A stretch of 64,000 nt of DNA, from NCBI GenBank assembly GCA_017436325.1, contig JAFSDI010000002.1, positions 35,457 through 99,456 on the forward strand. Direction: 5' to 3'. Numbering within the stretch: position 1 is the stretch's first letter; every line of letters begins with the position of its first letter. The position numbers and the translations under genes are program-made. A model generated the notes under the pieces. The model was not told the origin of the DNA and ran no database searches. It was given only the letters and a program-made list of their open reading frames with translations. Shown here piece by piece: positions 58,855 to 64,000 of the stretch. Source of the DNA: Alphaproteobacteria bacterium (GTDB lineage Bacteria > Pseudomonadota > Alphaproteobacteria > Rs-D84).

Positions 58855-60495
58855 ATGAAGAAAAAAGAAACTATATTTATTATATCTTGTTTGTTGCTGA
58901 CGGTAATTATTGTTGGTGGCATAATTGGGCGGCATATAATGCGTGATAACACCCAGAATTATTCAGAGCTGGCGGTGGATTCAAACTATCGATTTCCTGC
59001 GCGACAGTTTGGTGGTTTTTTAGCGGCACAGCATGCGATATACGTGAATGATTTCCCAGGGGCAGAGCGGTTTTCAGCATCATTAAAAGATATTCAGTAT
59101 CCAATTGTAAAAAATACCAAGATGATATCAGAATTCTTAAGCGGTTTTTTGCCGTATGATGCAAAGCTATTAAAGTCAGAAAAGACGATGCCTGCGACAT
59201 TAATTTATGATGCTTATCTGGTAAAGAACAATAATTGGAAAGAATTTCATAATCGTCACAAAACGGATACTGTTGCATTACTTGCGCCATTACGCATATG
59301 GTCTGCGATTGCGAATAATTGGCGCACAAACACCTTTAAATACATTGATACATTACCGACAAACGAATCGTGGAAATCCTTTATTCGTGGACAAATATAT
59401 GCTGAATTAGGCAATTTAGACAGTGCGGTTATGCATTTTGAAAAGGTTGCGCCAGAATTTATGAATATAAATGATTATATGTATCTGATGTCATTTTATA
59501 CACATCATGATATGAATGACAGGGCGGAAAAACTGCGCCAAGACTTTACATCACGTCCTGGTGGGATGTTTTTAGCAAATTATAATGATTTTCCTGATTG
59601 GTCTGTGTACAGTGGTTATGCAAATGCGTTGGCATTTAGTATGATTCAGAATGTTTCGCACACACATGCGCTGATGTATTCGGATATGGCGATGGTATTG
59701 TTGCGTTTTTCACAGATAATTGCGCCAAAATTTGCATCAACGAACAATGTGATTGATTATTACATTGGTCAATTTTACTTCAAGAACGTTGGTAATTGGT
59801 CTGATTCATTTGCGAATATAAATGAAAAAAGTCCATTTTATTTATTTGCAAAAATGCGTATTGCGGAAAAGACCGGTGATATTAGTCATCTAGAATATAT
59901 CCTAGAACGCGCGCCACTATTTGTTCCTGCGGTAAATAAGTTGACGGGTCATTATATACGCAATGGCAATTATCGTTCTGCATTGCGTGTTATAGATAAT
60001 ACTTTATCTGCAGATGGTGTTTCAGAATTTGCGCGTGCATTTTTTACCAAGGGCAGGGCATATATTCATTATTCCTTTGGCGATTATGCGGCGGCGCAAA
60101 AAGATATAGATTATGCAAAGCAGTATTTAAAAGGCGATGCAGAATTAATGTCAATTCAGGCCAAGGTATGGGCGGCACAGAATATTGAATTAGACAGTGC
60201 TTATAATTATGCGATGATTTTAGTTCGTAACAATCCATCTGACATATTGGCGTGGGATACATTGGGGCGTGTTGTTGCGGTTCGTGAAGGCAATAATGCT
60301 GCGCTTGAAATGTTGGTTCGTGTTGGTGATGTTTCAGAAACGTGTTCGTCTTTATATGAAAATATGGGTGATTTATACATTGCAACTGGCGATATAGAAA
60401 AAGCAAAGCAATCATACAGTCGCGCAATAGAATTATCTGATGATGGTTTGGTTGTTGTTCCAAATATAGAAAAGAAATTACGGAAAATAAAATGA
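58855..60495 (+). CDS. Membrane-anchored tetratricopeptide-repeat protein.
   Basis: An N-terminal transmembrane helix is followed by C-terminal TPR-like repeats. Confidence 0.6.
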   Translation: MKKKETIFIISCLLLTVIIVGGIIGRHIMRDNTQNYSELAVDSNYRFPARQFGGFLAAQHAIYVNDFPGAERFSASLKDIQYPIVKNTKMISEFLSGFLPYDAKLLKSEKTMPATLIYDAYLVKNNNWKEFHNRHKTDTVALLAPLRIWSAIANNWRTNTFKYIDTLPTNESWKSFIRGQIYAELGNLDSAVMHFEKVAPEFMNINDYMYLMSFYTHHDMNDRAEKLRQDFTSRPGGMFLANYNDFPDWSVYSGYANALAFSMIQNVSHTHALMYSDMAMVLLRFSQIIAPKFASTNNVIDYYIGQFYFKNVGNWSDSFANINEKSPFYLFAKMRIAEKTGDISHLEYILERAPLFVPAVNKLTGHYIRNGNYRSALRVIDNTLSADGVSEFARAFFTKGRAYIHYSFGDYAAAQKDIDYAKQYLKGDAELMSIQAKVWAAQNIELDSAYNYAMILVRNNPSDILAWDTLGRVVAVREGNNAALEMLVRVGDVSETCSSLYENMGDLYIATGDIEKAKQSYSRAIELSDDGLVVVPNIEKKLRKIK

Positions 60496-61355
60496 GAGTA
60501 GGTGTGATAGGTGCTGGTGCCTGGGGCACGGCCTTAGCATTAACTGCATCACGCAGTGGTAACGATGTTTTATTATGGTCTTATGATGGTTTATACAAGT
60601 CTTTTGATGGTGTATCTATGCCAGAAACCATTCGTATAACATCACAGGATTCAGACTTATATAACACGGATGTTTGGTTAATTGTGACACCGGCTGCGCA
60701 TTTTCGTGAAACGCTCAGAAAAATGCGTGATTATTACAATGGTCAACCGATTATTATATGTACCAAGGGTGCAGAATGTTCGACTGGCGAATTTATGTCA
60801 GAAATTGTTGCCTCAGAAATCCCGCAGGGCAGGGCGGTCGGCGTACTCTCTGGGCCGCAATTCGCATCAGAGGTTGCACATGGTGTTCCAACTGGTTCGA
60901 CCTTGGCGGGTGATACGACTGTTCTTGATGCGGGGCATCAGGCGCTTAGTGCGCTGTATTTAATGGATACAGATGATGTGATTGGGACACAGATTTGTGG
61001 TGTTGGCAAGAATGCGGTTGCGTTAATTTCAGGTTATTGCAGTGTTGCCTGCGCTGGCGAGAATGAGCGTGCATTGATATTCACCCGCGCCTGGGATGAG
61101 GTTGTAAATATCGGTCTTGCGATGGGGGCGAATTTGCGCACATTTCTTGGTTTATGCGGTATTGGTGATTTGTTCTTATCTGCGACCAGTGTAACCAGTC
61201 GAAATTATTCAGGTGGTGTTGCGATTGCGTCTGGTCAGATTCCAGATGGCACAGTCGAAGGTTTGTTTGCGATTTGTGGTTTAACCAATCGTGCACATAG
61301 TCTGGGCATAGAAACACCTGTGCTTGATGATATGTGTGCCCGTATAAAGAATTAA
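60492..61355 (+). CDS. gpsA: Glycerol-3-phosphate dehydrogenase [NAD(P)+], short form.
   Basis: MRVGVIGAGAWGTALA Rossmann motif. Confidence 0.85.
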   Translation: MRVGVIGAGAWGTALALTASRSGNDVLLWSYDGLYKSFDGVSMPETIRITSQDSDLYNTDVWLIVTPAAHFRETLRKMRDYYNGQPIIICTKGAECSTGEFMSEIVASEIPQGRAVGVLSGPQFASEVAHGVPTGSTLAGDTTVLDAGHQALSALYLMDTDDVIGTQICGVGKNAVALISGYCSVACAGENERALIFTRAWDEVVNIGLAMGANLRTFLGLCGIGDLFLSATSVTSRNYSGGVAIASGQIPDGTVEGLFAICGLTNRAHSLGIETPVLDDMCARIKN

Positions 61356-61357
61356 AA

Positions 61358-61388
61358 AACAGCCGGTATTTACCGGCTTTTTTTATGA
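61358..61388. terminator. Hairpin terminator AACAGCCGGTATTTACCGGCTTTTTTT.
   Basis: It lies between the convergent gpsA and radical-SAM genes. Confidence 0.65.
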
Positions 61389-61389
61389 A

Positions 61390-62397
61390 TTATCTCTCGA
61401 TATAATTTGGTAAAAAGAATGTTTTTATTTTAACTCTTATTTCTTCCAATTTTGTTTTAATAACTAAATCCTTGCGGATTTCATCAAGTGGTCTTGGGTT
61501 ATTGTTTTTATCGCGCCATGGCACTGTGATTTTTCTACCAGAATTTTCACCAAGTGTGACATTTCCTGCGGCATCAAAGGCCATTAACAGTGTCAAAGAT
61601 TCAGGTGAACCACCCAAGAAATTAAACTGTGGGAAATCGGTTGGTTTTGCCTCGCTCAGATTTTTTGCGCGTCCATTTGCAAAAGGTGCGGGTGAAAAAG
61701 AAGGTATAATGAATATATTTTTATTTAATATATCGAAAAGTTGTCCTGATGTAAAATCCACGGTTTTTTCTAGGCTTATATTATATGTGTTCTTTAGTTT
61801 CAATAGCAGTTTTTCATACATATCCTTATCGCTATCAAACCCAGAGATATGAAACAGCATAGATTGTTTTAATTCTTTATTTTGTGCGAATTCCTTAAGT
61901 ATTTTATAGTTATTTTCCAGTGCATTAGGATGATATTTATCCAATGATAGCGATATTTGATAGGCAAAAGGTCTATGATTATTGCTGCAACTTATCAAAT
62001 CTTGCAGAATATTTTTCTGTAAATTTTGTTTTTCTATCCATGCACCGTTAGTTTTTAAATCCAGTAAAATATTTTTATCGGTTATATAATTGATTAAATT
62101 TGGCACATAATTAATATCGTGATGTTCATAGGCACTCATTAATTCGCCACCGGTAATAATCACATTGTTACAGAATTTAGTATCCTGTAAAGCGGAATCG
62201 ACATAGTATTTTACAACGGATTCTGGGATAAAGGTCTTACTACGATTTTTATCGGACGACTCGCAACAGTGTGGACAATTATACCAACACCAATGTGTGG
62301 CTTTAAAAATCATAAAATAGGGCAGATTTTGTACCAGTTCGGATGCTGGGAAAAATTTGTTGAATTTTCTTTCAAAAGATTTGCTAAATTTAAACAT
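61390..62397 (-). CDS. Radical SAM enzyme of unknown function (no SPASM domain).
   Basis: It has the CxxxCxxC motif CWYNCPHC and the glycine-rich SAM motif IITGGELM. Confidence 0.65.
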   Translation of the reverse strand: MFKFSKSFERKFNKFFPASELVQNLPYFMIFKATHWCWYNCPHCCESSDKNRSKTFIPESVVKYYVDSALQDTKFCNNVIITGGELMSAYEHHDINYVPNLINYITDKNILLDLKTNGAWIEKQNLQKNILQDLISCSNNHRPFAYQISLSLDKYHPNALENNYKILKEFAQNKELKQSMLFHISGFDSDKDMYEKLLLKLKNTYNISLEKTVDFTSGQLFDILNKNIFIIPSFSPAPFANGRAKNLSEAKPTDFPQFNFLGGSPESLTLLMAFDAAGNVTLGENSGRKITVPWRDKNNNPRPLDEIRKDLVIKTKLEEIRVKIKTFFLPNYIER

Positions 62398-62469
62398 TGG
62401 AAACGTATACTACACAAAATAATATGTCTGTCAATATGTTTTTTTATAAATTTTTTTAGATTTACAAAA

Positions 62470-62786
62470 AAATAAAATCTGTGTTATAATAGAGGATGAA
62501 ATCGCAGGGATGCGCTTTCGGGGCCTTAGAAAAGCCTATCTACAATCCATATGATAAGAATCATATTGGAAATCCGTGCATTAATGGCGCGGTATTGCGC
62601 TATTTTTTGTACCCATAACCCCAAAGGCAATGTTTTTTTGTCGGGGTGCCATCGGTTATACCACAGGGGCTATTGGCCCCAAAGGCCGATGGGATCGGTA
62701 TTGTAGACGATTTTTCTAACACCCCGACCGCCAAAATCCTGTGGCGGTTTTTTAGTTTAACGCACGGAACCAAAGGGGCAACGAAA
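62470..62786 (+). promoter_or_regulatory. Conserved structured 5' leader (copy 3, more diverged), with an intrinsic terminator (CCGACCGCCAAAATCCTGTGGCGGTTTTTT), upstream of secreted paralog 3.
   Basis: It shares GG.TG..AATC..., TTGTCGGGG, a palindromic ATATGAT..ATCATAT element and the terminator architecture with leaders 1 and 2. Confidence 0.5.
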
Positions 62787-63962
62787 ATGAAAAGACTCTT
62801 AACCGCTGGCATATTCGGCACGATATTGGGAATTGTTGGCGCAGGCACTGCAAACGCATCAATCGTATCAAGCGGATTTTTAGACGAAAAATTAACAGAA
62901 TACGCACTCAGCACATCACTAGACCTGAAAGCAAACCAAAGTGACCTAACCGCATTAAATGATATTGTTGGAATAAAAAACTGGAATCTTGTTTTAAATT
63001 TAAAACTTGGGGAATTTCCACATTTATCTGAATTATTTCCAAATTTAGTACCAGACAAAGGAATGCCCTTCGCAGATATATCAAACTATATAATTGGTGA
63101 TTTAACATATATCAGCGGCCCAAGTCTTGCCGGTGTGACGGATAAGTTATTAAATGGTTGGACAAATTCTGATGGTGAAACATATCTTGGTCTAAAAGAT
63201 ATAAATACCAAAATCGGCAACCTGCCAAGTGGGGATTTTCCTGAATTTCCAGGATATGAGCATCTCTCTTATATTGGACAACCGCTTACATATCCAACAA
63301 GTTTAGCAGAATTAATTACTGCACTATACGGCAACTTAGAAACTGACTCACGAGGATTATTGTCAGGTATTATTACGGGCTTTCCATTAAATGGTAACCC
63401 TGATGAGTCTGTAGGCCTAATGCCAAACTTTTGGCTTGCGAATGAAGCAAACTATCTTGCCAACGCAAATGCCACTAAAATCGGTACCGTACCTTCTGGA
63501 AAAAATCTTGCAGGTATGATAAGTGAAACCGATGCCAAAATCGGTGTTTTACCACCAGACACAACAGTTACTGGTATGATGGGGAACCCTGTTTTGTTAC
63601 ATTATGAACAGAATATAATACCATTATATGACCTTATTCTTTTTGGCAGTAAAGGGCTAATAGTAGCTAATCCAATAACCGGGGCCATCATACCATTTCC
63701 ATTATTGGGCTTGCATGATATTACTGCTAAAGTTAATAAAATCGGTGACCTGCCAACAGAATATGCGACTGTTGGGGCGGCGCTGACCGCGATTAAGGGC
63801 ATTGCCGAAGATGCCAAGGCTGCGGCACTGGCGGCAATCCCAGACCCTAAGCAAGAGGGTTCAAGCGGTAAATTTGTCTTAACTGTTGATATTGTTGGCG
63901 ATAATGCGACCTATCACTGGGAAAAGATAGATCGCGAGGGCGAAACTACCACTACCGAATAA
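62787..63962 (+). CDS. Secreted protein, paralog 3 (391 aa), with internal KIG.LP repeats.
   Basis: The signal peptide is followed by ASIVSSGFLDEKL. The repeats are TKIGNLPSG, TKIGTVPSG, AKIGVLPPD and NKIGDLPTE. The C-terminus is GKFVLTVDIVGDNATYHWEKIDREGE. Confidence 0.7.
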   Translation: MKRLLTAGIFGTILGIVGAGTANASIVSSGFLDEKLTEYALSTSLDLKANQSDLTALNDIVGIKNWNLVLNLKLGEFPHLSELFPNLVPDKGMPFADISNYIIGDLTYISGPSLAGVTDKLLNGWTNSDGETYLGLKDINTKIGNLPSGDFPEFPGYEHLSYIGQPLTYPTSLAELITALYGNLETDSRGLLSGIITGFPLNGNPDESVGLMPNFWLANEANYLANANATKIGTVPSGKNLAGMISETDAKIGVLPPDTTVTGMMGNPVLLHYEQNIIPLYDLILFGSKGLIVANPITGAIIPFPLLGLHDITAKVNKIGDLPTEYATVGAALTAIKGIAEDAKAAALAAIPDPKQEGSSGKFVLTVDIVGDNATYHWEKIDREGETTTTE

Positions 63963-64000
63963 CCCACCCAAATCCCCTGTGCAAACAGGGGATTAATTAT

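Overview
The window is AT-rich, and its gene content and order look alphaproteobacterial. Intergenic regions are short and several classic operons are broken up, which suggests a reduced-genome, probably Rickettsiales-like, lineage (inference from the sequence only). Most of the window is core housekeeping. The forward stretch at the left end runs ychF, then pheST, rplT and rpmI on the minus strand, then mreCD, mrdA, rodA, topA and dnaG. Further along are addB, engB, rsmI, lpoA, mreB, rnpA, yidD, accBC, a tolC–hlyD pair, recF, valS, ileS, nth, xthA, lspA, yidC, infB, nusA, lpxD, fabZ, lysS, parAB, rsmG and gpsA, with six tRNA genes (Tyr, Gly-UCC, Val, Cys, Thr, Gly-GCC).

Five things stand out beyond the core genes.
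1. Three paralogous secreted proteins share a conserved post-signal-peptide motif and C-terminus. Each is preceded by a conserved structured leader of about 270 nt that ends in an intrinsic terminator, so the leader is a candidate new cis-regulatory RNA.
2. A palindromic repeat family has five copies. One copy sits in-frame inside a sufD-like gene, in the manner of Rickettsia palindromic elements. A related family of 'ACCGG..TTTACCGG' terminator hairpins is also present.
3. An accessory island of about 4.3 kb abuts tRNA-Tyr and tRNA-Gly. It carries two tandem att-like repeat scars containing tRNA-Tyr 3'-end fragments, and a 23-nt duplication of the tRNA-Gly 3' end.
4. The island cargo includes a Fic toxin with a VbhA/FicA-type antitoxin, two SAM-methyltransferase-like genes and two unknown genes. 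A near-identical 47-bp operator-like palindromic repeat lies upstream of two of its operons.
5. There is a protein with a RelA/SpoT-like nucleotidyltransferase domain, a radical-SAM enzyme divergent from one secreted paralog, and a multi-hairpin structured RNA candidate next to tRNA-Val.
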